This document shows, in pieces, positions 13,001 to 26,789 of a DNA stretch of 64,000 nucleotides. Numbering within the stretch: the stretch's first letter is position 1; the number at the start of each line of letters is the position of its first letter. A program made the position numbers and the translations under genes. The DNA lies in the NCBI RefSeq assembly GCF_009914755.1, contig NC_060929.1. One strand, 5' to 3'. The notes under the pieces are model-generated. The model was not told the origin of the DNA. It searched no databases and saw only the letters and a list, made by a program, of their open reading frames with translations. The stretch is from the human T2T-CHM13v2.0 reference genome, Homo sapiens.

Positions 13001-14140
13001 TCTCAAGTACTACAGCCTGGGAGCTGTTGCATACATTTTAGAACACTTATTATTATCCCATAAGCCTCTGAGCTCCTGATTTATTTTCAGTCTTTATTCT
13101 CTCTGTTCTCCAGATTGGATAATTTCTACTAAGATCCAATCTACCTTCAGATACTAATCTACAGAAGATAATCTCTCTCTACATTCACTGATCTTTTTTT
13201 CCCCTTGTCTCCAGTACTCTTGTAACGCCTTTTCAAATAAATTTTCATGATATTTTACTCTTTGGCTGTGGAATTTTCATTTTTTTCTTTTGTTTAGCTT
13301 TCATTTTTCTGCCTAGTTTCCCTGCCTTCTTTATTCATTATGACATATTTGTCTTTACTTTTTGAAACATCGATTTAATATACCTTTTGAGTCCTTGTTT
13401 GCAAATTCCAACATCTTGAACATTTCAAGTTCAGTACCTATTGACTGCTTTTTCTCTTGACTGTGGATTACATGTTCTTTTGTGAGTTTACTAGTTTATT
13501 CTATACTACATGTTCTAAAGGAAACATGGTAGAGACTGTGATTCAGTTTTCTTCTAAAGGATGTTTGTTTTTTTTCTGATAGGCAGTCCACCTAAACACC
13601 AATTGTCTCTCTTGAAGTGGATGAAATCTGAGATCTCTGCTCAGTTCCTCCAGCCTCACAGATAATGTTTTACAGTCTGAAACTTGGAGTCCCCTGAATT
13701 TGTATTTACAGTTTAGCCAAGGATTTGACAGGTATTCAGATGTAGATTTAGGGGCTCCCTCCTTTTCTAAATTTTCCCCTTCACTTTCTAGCTATTTTGG
13801 CAGCTCTAAACTCTATGGCCTTACTTCCATTCCTATGCCTTTGACTTTCTTCCTGAATTCTTTCCATTCATTTTCCTGCAGATTAGGTAATGTCCACAGG
13901 TGCAAAGCTTACTACACCTGAATCTTATCCAGGGCAGTGCCCTTCCTTCAAAGGCCAACTTTCAATTTCATCTTGCTTTCAATGTTTCTTCAGGCCTTCA
14001 AAAAAACAGTTGTTTTTGTTGTATTTTCTGTTTTGTCTAGTGTATATAAATCTTGTCTGTGAATGAATAAATTTGATAAAAGCTTCACTGCCATTACAGG
14101 AAGTAGATCATGGATAAGTAGATTTTTCTAAGTGGAAAGA

Positions 14141-14580
14141 TCAATGCTGTTAAGTCCAGATACAATATGAACCACATACATAACTTGAAATTTACTAGTA
14201 GCCACATTAAAAAACAGTGAAAATACATAGAAAAAAATACGTTCTATTTAATTGAACATACCCAAATGTTACTGTTTCAACAAGTAATCATCGTAACATG
14301 AAGATATTTTCCATTGTTCTTAATATTTAATCTTTGAAATTTTGTGTATACATTTCACTTTTGGCAAAGCTCAATTCAGACACTAAATTTTTAATAGTTA
14401 AAGAGAAATGTACAATAATGTAGTTATGTTTAATTGAAAAATATTTTATATTGCTTCAGTTTTAAAACTTAAAATTGACTCAGTTAAAATATAAAAACTT
14501 AATTCCTCAGTTTTGGTAGCCACTTGTGAAGTAACCAGTAGCCATATGTGACTAATGGCTACCATACTGAGCAGGACAGG
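14141..14580. mobile_element. hAT-Charlie MITE (MER33/Charlie5-like)
   Basis: 'ttactagtagccacattaaaaa ... gtagccatatgtgactaatggctaccatactg...caggtcta'. Confidence 0.7.
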
Positions 14581-16433
14581 TCTAGATAATAAGAAAGGAT
14601 TTCTATATTTTCACCCAGTGACATGATCTTAATATAAAGTGCAAGTATAATTTTATACAAATTAAAAGTAATTTATATATAAACACTTCCATTTGGAAAA
14701 AGAAAACTGTTTTTCAATATTTGCAAAGATGTGAAAAAGAATCCTAAACTTGCAAAAAAGATTTTTCTAATAGCAAAGCCAAATTGGTTTTCATAATTAT
14801 ACATCATTATGTGCAGAATTTGTCAACAAATTACTGTTTTTAATGGAACACATTGTTCATTCTTCTATGCACTTGTCCTTTTGGGATTCATATTTAATAA
14901 CATCCTGGCTATAAAAGCTCACTAGTTTGCAAGTGTCCCTTTTTGTTGACTAATTATAATGATGATGTTGATTATTGAAAAAGTGGTCTTTTGGTATTAT
15001 AGTCATAATTGTCTTGATAGAAGTGTGTCTCAATTGGCGTATGTAAAATTCCAGCTCTGTGAAATAGCACAATTCTCATAAATGATGATTGACTGGGTAG
15101 AAAATGTATCTATAAACTTAGAGCTTCCTTAGCACTCAATTTGGGATGGTAGTGCAGTGAGAGCCTATGTTATAATTCTAATGAGACTTCAAGTTACTTA
15201 TAAGTTTTACTACCGTATCTGATTGACACTACTTGTGCTAAATTCCATCAGTGTCTAAACAAATGAAGAATATACATAACACTCAAAAATCAAAATCTAA
15301 AAATTACAGGATCATAAGGCAGGAAGCTTTGAATATGACAAAGCATAGTGATATCAATTTGCACCATATAGTGGGCCCCAAGTGCCATGCATATATAGTA
15401 CATATGGTAAATGACATAAAGGCAGATGTAGAGGAAAAATGGATCTAAGAACAGTAATACTGTCTCTCTTCTTGATCTACTGGACCAAACAGGTATCAGG
15501 TAATTAAAGAAGAGAGAAATTTTCATTGTTCAGGGCAACTCAGTAGACCTTTGGGGCATGTGGTGTCAGATATTTCAAAGTTTCTTGAGCACTTACTATG
15601 TATCATGTAAGGGCGACATTCTTGGAATACTATCGTAGTTCCTACCCTCAAATAGATAAGAATCCAGTGGGCAAATTGCCAGGCAAAGTACTAAGAGTTT
15701 TACATTCATGACCTTATTTAATTCACTTAAAGACAAACAAAAATAAGATGGCCATTCTTCAGGGAAGAAAGTTGAGGCCTGAAATATTACTTCTTTAGGG
15801 TTACCTAAAATGCGTGTAGCAGGACTTGGATTTAAACACAGGTTTGACTCACTCCAGATGCCACACCATAGTCTTAGCCATCATTCATAGTACCTAAGAG
15901 AGGTCATCTCTGAACTGGCATTTCTTGGTTCTATATGAACAACCCCTGCCTACACACCAGGATATAATTCTTAGGAAATTTAAAAGCCTGGATATCCGTA
16001 TTTTTGGCTCTGTTGCTCTAATGAGAAGAGAGATTATTTCTATCTGTTCACAAAACTTATTTCTGTCAGATGGCAATGTTGTACATTCTAGGTTCACAAG
16101 GATATTGTCCTAGATCTTATACCCTGGGGCTTCAGTAGCTTTTGAACTCGAAGGTGTGATCCAGGCTTTCAAGAGTGGGTTATCCTACTCCTTTGAATTT
16201 AAACAATAGGATCTGAACCTGGAAGCGTCCCTACATGATCTTTCCCAACCCTATTGTATTTCAGGCTTGGATAACAATTCTAAAGAGGTAGAAACTTGTT
16301 CAAGATCCGGGAGTCAGTGTCAGCCATTAGACTCAAACTTGCCTCTCAACTCCCAGGTCTTAGTATTTCCTCTGTATCAGACACCTTTTGTCTTTCAGAA
16401 CCCCTTGCATACTCCAAAGTTTGGACCAAATAT

Positions 16434-16762
16434 TGTTGTAGGACTTTCTCCTTAGTTCAGCTAAAGGCTGGGTTCTTGTCACACAGCCATGAAAGATTAG
16501 GCTTGCAGACACTTGGAAGGGTGAGAAGGGCAGCGTTTATTGGATGAAAAGGTATAAAAGAAAACAGGGACTCTCAGCAAAGCAAGTCCTGCTAGTAGGC
16601 TTCCTGCCTCACAGTTTGAATTCCAGGTTACCACCCTGGAACAGGAGAGGCCAGGCTCCTATCGCCTGCAAAGGGCGCGAATTTCCATGGCTCCACTGCG
16701 TTCTCCCAGTGTGCAGGCTGATCGGAGTTTCTCCGGGCACCCCTTTATACTTGGCTGTCTCA
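16434..16762 (-). mobile_element. ERV1 solo LTR (MER61-like)
   Basis: TG...CA termini (tgttgtaggactttctccttagttcagctaaag ... ttggctgtctca) and near-matching 4-bp TSD atat/atac. Confidence 0.75.
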
Positions 16763-18017
16763 ATACAAGTATAAATAGGAAAACAGGCATGGAAGAACTT
16801 CTGGGAGTATCCAGAAGTTATAATTCTCTCATCCAACAAGGAGGCTGAAATGTTCTGAGTATTCCTATGGGTGTGGAATGGTAGGTGGAGAGTGACTAAA
16901 GGGCCACTCAATTTAATTATTCTTGAAAAAATAAATCTCTCCCACAATGGGAGGAACAATTTGCTTACTTTGTTAGCTAGATGTTTTCATTATGCATCAT
17001 GGTTATAAATCACTGAAAGGGAAATTTATATTTCAGAATCACAGACTCTTAGGACCGTTTATCGTGCCATTCTTTCCTCTTTCCCTAGCTAATGATTAAA
17101 CCCCACTTAAATATCCCCACCAAATAGCATCATCTAGCATCTCCTTTGGAAGTTTTTCATATGCATCTTATCTTTTGTTATTTATAACTCTATCACATAA
17201 ATATTAAAATTAACCCCATTTTACAAATGAAGACTTGGCTGATACATGTTATTAAACAACAATTGATAACTGGACACAGAAAGAATTAGGACTTGTTCTG
17301 TCTGAGTCATGACCTTTGCTCCACCCTCTCTCACATAAAATTTTGCTTGCATACTTCCAGTGTTAGGGAACTCATTATTACCTTCCAGGGACAGGAAACT
17401 CATTACTACCCGGGACATTCCTGAATATCTGTGGGTTGTTGCAATTATGAGAAAGCTCTTCCTTTAAAGGGACTGAAATTTGTTTCTATTGGGCTTCTGA
17501 AAATTAATCTCACTTTATTTCCTTGTTCTATATGAGCATAAGTGTAATTCTTTTCACACACAATGATCCTTAAAGAATATTAAGAGAATTCCTCTGGTGT
17601 CCTTTTTTTTTTTTTTCCTTCCTCAAGTTATATACATATTCTCATTTCTTTCAGATGGTTCCCTTCCCCACCCAGCCCCACCCTGGAACATAATTTCTAG
17701 TTATCTTGCCTTTGGGTCCCTCTGAACTCCTTTCACTTTAAATGAGCCTTAGAGTAAGGCTTCTTTTTTGACTGATGTCTGAGATTGGGTGAAATGTATT
17801 AAGAGGAAAAAGAAATTATTCAGTATGGTAGCTTAGATAATATAAAATATCTTCTGTTGCACACACAAGTTCAGAGGTGAGTGGTCTGAGGCTAGTTGCA
17901 TTGCTCTGTGATCTTTAATCCTTAGCACGAGACTTCCAGGGTTGCTATGATCTTCATTTGTCAGCCAGCCGTCAGAGCATCAGTGGAAAGCAGCTCCATC
18001 TTTACATCTTTAAGAAT

Positions 18018-18052
18018 AGCAAGACTCCGTCTCAAAAAAAAAAAAAAAAAAA
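18018..18052 (+). mobile_element. Extremely 5'-truncated Alu (last 16 nt plus A19)
   Basis: agcaagactccgtctc followed by A19, flanked by agaat on both sides. Confidence 0.75.
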
Positions 18053-18172
18053 GAGAATGTAACTGGAAGTTTTGCATATCACTTCCTTCCAGATTTGTTC
18101 AGGTGCCTGGGATGGAAAATGCCACCTTTACCTGGGCAGCCATCCATGTTCCTGGAGAAAACTCAAGAGAGT

Positions 18173-18341
18173 GGGCCAGCCATGATGGCTCATTCCTATG
18201 ATTCCAGCACTTTGGGAGGACCACTTGCTCCCAGGAGTTTCAGGCTGTAGTGAGCTATGATTGTACCACTGCATTCCAGTGTGGGTGACAGAACAAGACC
18301 CTGTCTCTATTTAAAAACCAAAAATGAATAAAAAAAAAAAA
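18173..18341 (+). mobile_element. Monomeric Alu (FRAM/FAM-like)
   Basis: Single Alu arm with an A-rich tail; TSD-like aaactcaagaga / aacctcaggaga. Confidence 0.8.
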
Positions 18342-18560
18342 ACCTCAGGAGATTCTATACTGAAAAGACAAAAGGAAACATGGATACTAGAGGATAGTTG
18401 CGGATTCTGCCACATAGAGTAAGGTGTAAATAAAAAGCAAAAGTCAAGAAAATATTGACCAGGGCCTGGAAACAGAAACCAGGAAGTTTCAGTTCTTTGT
18501 TTTATCTGACCTCTAGCACATGACTTACAATTTTGCCTTCAATTCTAAAAACAATATTAA

Positions 18561-18926
<366 letters not shown>

Positions 18927-19739
18927 GTGATTCATTTATAACAGTGATTTTACTCCCTGTACTGAATGGCTGTATTATGTAGTTATGGCTGGTGTGATTA
19001 TTCCTGAAGTGATCTGTTTGGAATGGGCACATTATTAGGACTTGGAGAGGTAGAATTATAGGATAGAAGATTCTCAAATTCAAGAAATGGTGATAAGATT
19101 ATTCAGAAAAATGTTACTATACATTAAAGCTCTTCAGCTATTTTTTGGTCCTCAAGGTTTAATGAATCTTTGGGGGAAAAAACAGTTTGGGGTTAACTTT
19201 TTTATGTTAAGCAGAAATTTGATATAATTATTTTCCTTATTGAGTCTTCTTTGGACAGAGAAAGTGGTTCTGGTAATTCTACCGTGATTTCATTGATATG
19301 ATAATTAGTTGTACTGAGGATGAATCTGTAGCATTTAAAAGTTGTACAATAAATAAAATGTAAGCTCTGCTGAGCCCTGGGCATTTTTGTTAAGGCTTTA
19401 TGCAGCAAGTTCTACTTAGAGAACAAAGCATATGCCTTGAGGGTGAGAAAAAGTGGCTTTCATAGGAAGAATTTGGGATCAAAAGGCACTTACCTATCCC
19501 TACCTCTATGGTCTAGAATTAGATACACGAACCCATGAATAGGTCCCAGACTGCCCGGGAGCCATGTCTGGTTCCACATATTATTGTTTCTTTACTTCTA
19601 CTAGGTAAATATACTCTTCTCACCATACTTCCTGATCAGTTGTGACTCTGGTGAGGTGATCTATAAAAGACTACTGTCTTAGGAGGTTTCAATCCTTGTG
19701 TCAGGCCCCATTGCCATAGTAGCAGAGACTGTAGGGCCC

Positions 19740-20135
19740 GTAGCAGAGACTGCTAGCATCTCTGCTCTCCCATCTTCCTTTCTAATAGGCTGTTAATGGG
19801 TAGCATCTATGTGGCTAGCTGAAAGCTTACCTTTCCCAGTTTCTCTTACTGATGGGGGCTGCGGCCACTAGATGTGAACAAAGCCATCAAATAGGGTGTC
19901 CATGAAAGCTTCTAAGCAAGACTAAGCATGATGAGGTGCACACTTCGGCTGCTATCTCACCCTGACTTTCTGTTAGGTGGAATGTGGGTGTGATGGCAGC
20001 AGCCATGAAGTAAGGTTGAAGGGAAGAAAGAGGAGCCTGGGTCTCTGACTTGGGGGCTGCTCTAATATCACACTGAAACTGCCTAGTCCCTGAATTCTTC
20101 TTTGGGGGCCCCAAAGACCTATGTCTTATTTAAAC
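19740..20135 (+). mobile_element. MaLR LTR (MLT1J-like)
   Basis: 'tttcccagtttctctt', 'tggaatgtgggtgtgatggcagcagccat', 'aggagcctgggtctctga'. Confidence 0.6.
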
Positions 20136-20139
20136 CATG

Positions 20140-21030
<891 letters not shown>

Positions 21031-21504
21031 TGAACTACAGCACCTGCTGCAGTAGTTAGTCCTGAGCTGAAACATACTCAACTCCTTTCTCTGCCCCCGA
21101 TCCTAGACTCCTTTCCCTCTCCGCTAGCACTTCTCAGGTATAGGTGGCTTGCCTTAGGCTGATCCTCATCTCTAATATGTCTGAAGAGCTGGTTATCATG
21201 CCTTTATCAGGCTGTGCTTGATCAACTTTCCCATTTAGAGTAAGAGTTAGGCACAGGAGTATCAAGAGATGCTCCAGTATTAGGAGAAGCTCTTCTAATG
21301 AGCAGGGGAAATAATTTATTAACCACACACCACAGACCCAAGGCTGTGCTCACCTGTTTCAGTAAAGGTATCACATTCAGCACAGAAGACCCAGTGGAGA
21401 CTTCTGCTTGGGAAATTTATTGTTTAACCCACTATTGTTTTGCCAGGGTCCATTTTTTTTTTTTTTTGGCAGGGATGAGACTGATTAATTATGTAAGATT
21501 ATGA

Positions 21505-21808
<304 letters not shown>

Positions 21809-22025
21809 CCTTTATGTCTTTGAGAATGATGTTAATCTGTCATGCCACCTGTGTGCAATGCTGTTTTTGATTTATCATCTTAGCTAGACATGGGAGTAGT
21901 TTTTGTGGCTATAGCCTAATCTTTCCTATTATGATAGTTCTTATCCTACAGGTTAAGAAAGAAATGTGAAGGTTCTGCCAACTGCTAATTGTGTCCTTTC
22001 TAATAAAACACTTGGGATCTAGGGA

Positions 22026-22087
22026 CATGACCACCAGTTGGTCTGTAGATCCAGGGTCTTGGATCTACAGACCAACTGGTGGTCATG
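22026..22087. repeat. Perfect 28-bp inverted repeat with 6-nt spacer
   Basis: catgaccaccagttggtctgtagatcca - gggtct - tggatctacagaccaactggtggtcatg. Confidence 0.97.
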
Positions 22088-24849
22088 GGAGAGACTTAAG
22101 AAACCTGAGCTAGAAATCCATTTATTATTTACTTAATCCCTGAGTCTCATAGGTAGGACATAATACTGCTTCACTTCTTTGGATATCAGTAATTAATATC
22201 AGTATTAATTAACCCAGACCCTGTATCCAGCAGCCCTCAAATGAATTGAATAGTCCCTTTACCCCAGTGTTTTGTCACCCAAGAAAATGGTGATAGGTAT
22301 TTCTGGGGAAGAGCTGGTTGAAATCACTGCTATATATACTTCTCGTGATGTTGCAGTGTCTTTTCCTCATAGGAGACTTGCCTACTTCTTCAGTCAATGG
22401 GTTCTGGGTGTGAGAATGCTCAGGCCTGGAAACTGGACAGGGATCATAATTATCCATTGAGGTGACCAATTACATTGCCCCTAGGAACATCACGTTTTAC
22501 AAGCCAACGCCATAGAATCCTGCAGGTCAGAGTATGGCTCACCCCTGTAGCTGCCATTCTAACCTTGCCGCTGATTATGGTAATTACGTCTACTGTTTTT
22601 GATGTTGAAGTGCTGCCACCTGGCGTCAGTATGTAATCTATCTCCCATTGCTATTAGAAAACCCAGTTTTGCAATAGCGTTTCCTATTGTCAGTGTAAGC
22701 CTCAGATGCCACCACTGATGAACTATGAATGATGCTGGTCCCCTCCCCTCCAAACACAAGCAAGTGAGTGATTGTGAGAATAATACTGGCCGTTGCTTTC
22801 ATTGGAGCAGTGCTGTGAGTACTGCATTTCTTAATTCTTTAGTAAAATGAAACGTCCTCTGAGCCCTTCTGAGGAACTTAATCAGCCAGTAGGTTTTCTA
22901 ATATGTAGTAGAAACATTCTAGTATACCCACTTCTCTGTGCCTGTTGATTCTATTCTCCACAGTTTGCCAAGGCAATTCTGCTATCTCTATTTTTAAGGT
23001 TGGCTATGTCTTTTTCCAAGTTTTCAAATATCACCTTGGCAAAATATTAGAACCTTCTCCCAGAGTCTTTTCAGTGCGTTAAATCTTGCCTGAGAATACT
23101 GTCCCATACCAACAAATCCTCTTACCTAACTTTATAATCCATTCCTCTCCACCTTTATCTAACACAAAGATTCTCTAGGTTCCAGAACGTGTAAACCACA
23201 TTTATGGTTCCACTGGCTGAGACTCCATCTTCTCTTTTAGCATATCCGTAACTTTTCCAGTTGGGTCATGATGAGATGTTACATGAGTTATTGATCTGGT
23301 GCCTAGAAAGGAGGTTAGGATAGATCCTGAGAAAAGCCAGCATTGCATTTTAAGGGACCTACTGCACTTAGGGTTTCTTCACAGCCATCAAGTAAGGGAA
23401 AATGGGCCACTTGTGTAATCCCAAAGGATTCAGGATTATCTTGGCATTCTTGTTGTTCAACGTATCTAAGAACACATATGCAAATAACCTCATCCCAAGT
23501 AGGAGACATCTTTTCTTATCAGGGGCCTCACTTTGGCATAAAAGACGTGTCTAAAATAAGAATTCGGTCTTCTCTGAAGTTCTGCCTCTTCTAAAATTAA
23601 TCCCTGTGCCTAATTTTTAGCTGTCTACCCTCTAGCTGCAGGAGATGAGGGTCATTTTTTAAATGTTACTGAGCCATATTTTACATATCATATAATTTGC
23701 CTATTTTAATTCACACACCATATACACCATTCACACAATTCAATAATTTCTTTTTTAGTGAATTTACCAGGTGCTAAATTTATATCATCATAAACCTTTT
23801 TTCGAGCATTTCCATCACTTCAATAGGATCATACATGTCCATTAACTTTTAGCAAGAAGTTAGGAGGATCTTCTCAAACTCTGTTGAGCCAGCTATAGCT
23901 TACTGCTGAGCACATTCAGAGAGCTAATGTACTTCCACTTGAATATGATTCCAGACCAGATGGAGTAAATGGAACAGCCAGGGGCTCTATGACTGACCAG
24001 TATTAGGGTACCTTCTTGAGCAAAACACCAGCAAGTGGGTGATTGTGAGAATAATACAGGCCATTGCTTTCACTAGACCAGTGCTATTAGCGGTGGTCCA
24101 CAAACACAGAGATGCTCAGCTACTGGCTCCTAAACCTGAAGGAGCATCAGACTCAGCAGAGAAATGTATCAGAAATATGTGTGCTTAAGTTCTGCTGCCA
24201 GAGATTTTGATTTACTAGGTTAAGGGGTACAGAGATTTATATCCTCAGCAGAATCCCATGGTGATTCACATGACCCATCAGATTTGGGAGTTGTTATTCT
24301 GGGTTGTGTATGTTTGCTTTTTTGTAATATCCATATATTTTTTTCTAGGAAGCATAGTTGTGTTAATAGTATTGAGTCAGAAACGGTTGGATATAATAAT
24401 TTTTTATTCATGGTTTCTGGACAGAAAACAAAACTCAGTTATTGGTTACTTCATACTCTTGTGCAGAGAGGAGATGTATATCTATTTTCTGAAATAGAAA
24501 AGTATTAGCTTTGCCCTCAAGGAGCTAGATCTGTAATGCTTCAGTTTGTTGAATTAATGACTATAAATATAAGGCAGGCAAGAATGACTTGCGAAGATGC
24601 TCTGACCCAAAGGTAAGGAAGCTGAAGTTCACGCATATTAGAAGCATAGAATAGGATCTGAAATTTCCTGGAAAGTTGTCACCTCCATTGATAATCCACT
24701 AATGAGCCCAGGTCATTTTTTTATGGTTCTGTCCAGCTTCAGGATCTCACAACTCTGATTAAGCAATGCAGTTGCTTAGAATGGAGGGGAATATTTGATC
24801 ATAACACTGGTCAAGCATGAACATCCTCACACTGGCCAACTGGAAATGT

Positions 24850-25850
24850 GTGAGTGCTCACTAAAGAAAAGCCTTTAACTCTTTAACTCTTTCTAACCCC
24901 ACATCAGATTTCTCAGCAGATCCTCACATCTCTTTCTTGGAAATATACCCAGAACTGGGCCATATTTTCACCTTTTCTCCTGCAAACACTTTGATCAGTG
25001 TCTCCATTACCTTTTTCTGGAATGATCACAATAACCTTCTAACTGGACTCCCTTCATCCCTGGCATCCCCCTAAAGACATACACACATACATACACACAT
25101 ACATACATACACACACAAACACACAGAGACCCACACACAGACATACACACACATAATTGTTATTAGGGCAGACAAACTGATTTTATGAAAATACAGTCTC
25201 TATTTGAAATCTTCCAATAGCTCTGCACCTCACTCAGAATAAAAGTCAATGTCATTATCATGATCACAGGCCCCCAATTACTTCAACAAGCTCATATCCT
25301 GTTACTGTTTCTCATGCTCATTCTGCTGTAGTCAGAACAATGGCAAGCTGTCTGTTTATTGAACATTCTAGGTGAGTTCCTATCTCAAGGCGTTTGTACT
25401 GTGGTTTCCTCTGTCTGGAATGTTCTTTACCAGATATCTGCATGGGTCACTTCTTCAGTTCTTTTATTCTGCCATCACCATCTCACTGAAGTCTTCCTTG
25501 TCCATCTTATCTAAAATTTTAATTCTAAGATTTAACCTAAGAATACTTTTTATTCCCTTTTTGTGTTCTATTTTTTATTCTTTTTGAGACAGTGTCGCTC
25601 TGTCGCCCAGGCTGGAGTGCAGTGGCATGATCTTGGCTCACTGCAAGCTCCGCCTCCTGGGTTCACGCCATTCTCCTGCCTTAGCCTCCCGTTTTTGTGC
25701 TCTATTTTACACCTTCAGTACCTAACATTATTTATTCTAGTATATATTTTACTTATGTATCTTATTTACTGTCTATCTCATCAACTAGACTAATGAAAGC
25801 TCTATCAGGACAGAACAGTGCCCAGTTCCAGGTGCTCAGGAATTACTGGA
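24850..25850 (-). mobile_element. LINE-2 3' fragment (antisense) containing a degenerate (CA)n at 25076-25153
   Basis: 'ccttctaactggactccct', 'cactcagaataaaagtcaa', 'ttcctctgtctggaatgttctt', 'caactagactaatgaaagctc...agaacagtgcccag'. Confidence 0.7.
25576..25690 (-). mobile_element. 5'-truncated AluY (part of right arm)
   Basis: AluY diagnostics 'actgcaagctccgcctcc' and 'ttcacgccattctcc'; TSD tttttgtg(t/c)tctatttt on both sides. Confidence 0.9.
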
Positions 25851-26375
25851 ATTGAAAATTATCTGTTATATGATTATCACCTCACCATTTAACCTTAGAA
25901 TTTCTTAGTTTGTGTTGTGAGTGTGATAAAATAGGAGTTTCTTTCCAAGAACTCAAAAAAGTAGAATGGATCACTGAAAGCTTGGGAAGATTGGATTTTG
26001 TAATCAAGCCTGTTCATGTCATAAACCTCTGACTTCAGCAATCAGGGTGCAAATGCTGTAATAAACTCTAATATCATTTTAGTCCAGTCTTATATTTAAA
26101 AAAAAAAAAATGAGGCTCAGAGCAAAGAAGTCACTTGCTAAAGATCACCTAAAGTGAGTGGCATTTGCTGATGTAGAACTTGATCTCCTCAATTGCAGTG
26201 AGGTGCTCTGTCAACTAAGCCTTTCTTAGTCTTTTGTTTATAAGCTAATATTTTTGGTCACTTTTGAAATGAGATATTACTAAAATAACCAACAACTGTT
26301 ATTCTTCAGAAGAAAAGTATTTTGAACTTTACCAAAACCCCACTTAGCCTTTCTTACATAACTGTTTTATACACC

Positions 26376-26785
26376 TTAGGTTCGTGCAAAAGTAATTGCT
26401 GTTGCAGACCGTGAATTTAAAATCATTATAACCAGGTTCAAACACGTCTTTATTAACAAAAATAGGAACCATTACAATCGATATATTTTTGCCAATGAGA
26501 AACATTTATTTATTCCTGTAGCATAAAAATCCATGCTTTGGGATTCAAGGAACTCTCAGAATTTTCTGTATCCTGCTGGTTGTGGAAGCATTTTCCCTGC
26601 AAAAAGTTGCTGAGATGCTTGAAGAAGTGATAGTTTGTTGGTGAGAAGTCAGGTAAATATAGGAGATGAGACAAAACTTTGTAGCCCAACTCATTCACTT
26701 TTGAAGCATTGGTTGTGTGATGTGGGATCAGGCATTGTTGTGGAGAAGAACTGGGCTCTTTCTGTTGACCAATGCCAACTGCAAG
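26376..26785 (-). mobile_element. Hsmar1 mariner transposon, 3' fragment with one TIR
   Basis: TIR ttaggttcgtgcaaaagtaattgctg (consensus TTAGGTTGGTGCAAAAGTAATTGCGG). ORF 26510-26833(-) contains 'NELGYKVLSHLLYLPDFSPTNYHFFKHLSNFLQGKCFHNQQD', the Hsmar1 transposase YSPDLSPTDY region. Confidence 0.92.
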
Positions 26786-26789
26786 TTCC

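Larger units (their letters stand above)
7065..14100 (-). mobile_element. Mosaic of ancient LINE-1 (L1MC/L1ME-like) fragments hosting younger insertions
   Basis: T-rich antisense L1 sequence. ORF 7392-7589(-) 'KKILGPDSITGEYYETFKEERIPILHK' resembles L1 ORF2p ([24 protein letters not shown]). It is interrupted by Tigger, MST, MER2 and the RPL36A retrocopy. Confidence 0.75.
17795..18415 (-). mobile_element. Old MaLR LTR (MLT1-like) carrying two SINE insertions
   Basis: Degenerate MLT1-type sequence interrupted at 18018 and 18172. Confidence 0.45.

Noticed and set aside
16434-16762. Possible p53 response element in the MER61-like LTR
   Set aside because: I could not find paired RRRCWWGYYY half-sites in this copy.
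19863-19878. ggccactagatgtgaa CTCF-like motif
   Set aside because: It lacks the critical GGC/GTC ending and lies inside an MLT1 LTR.
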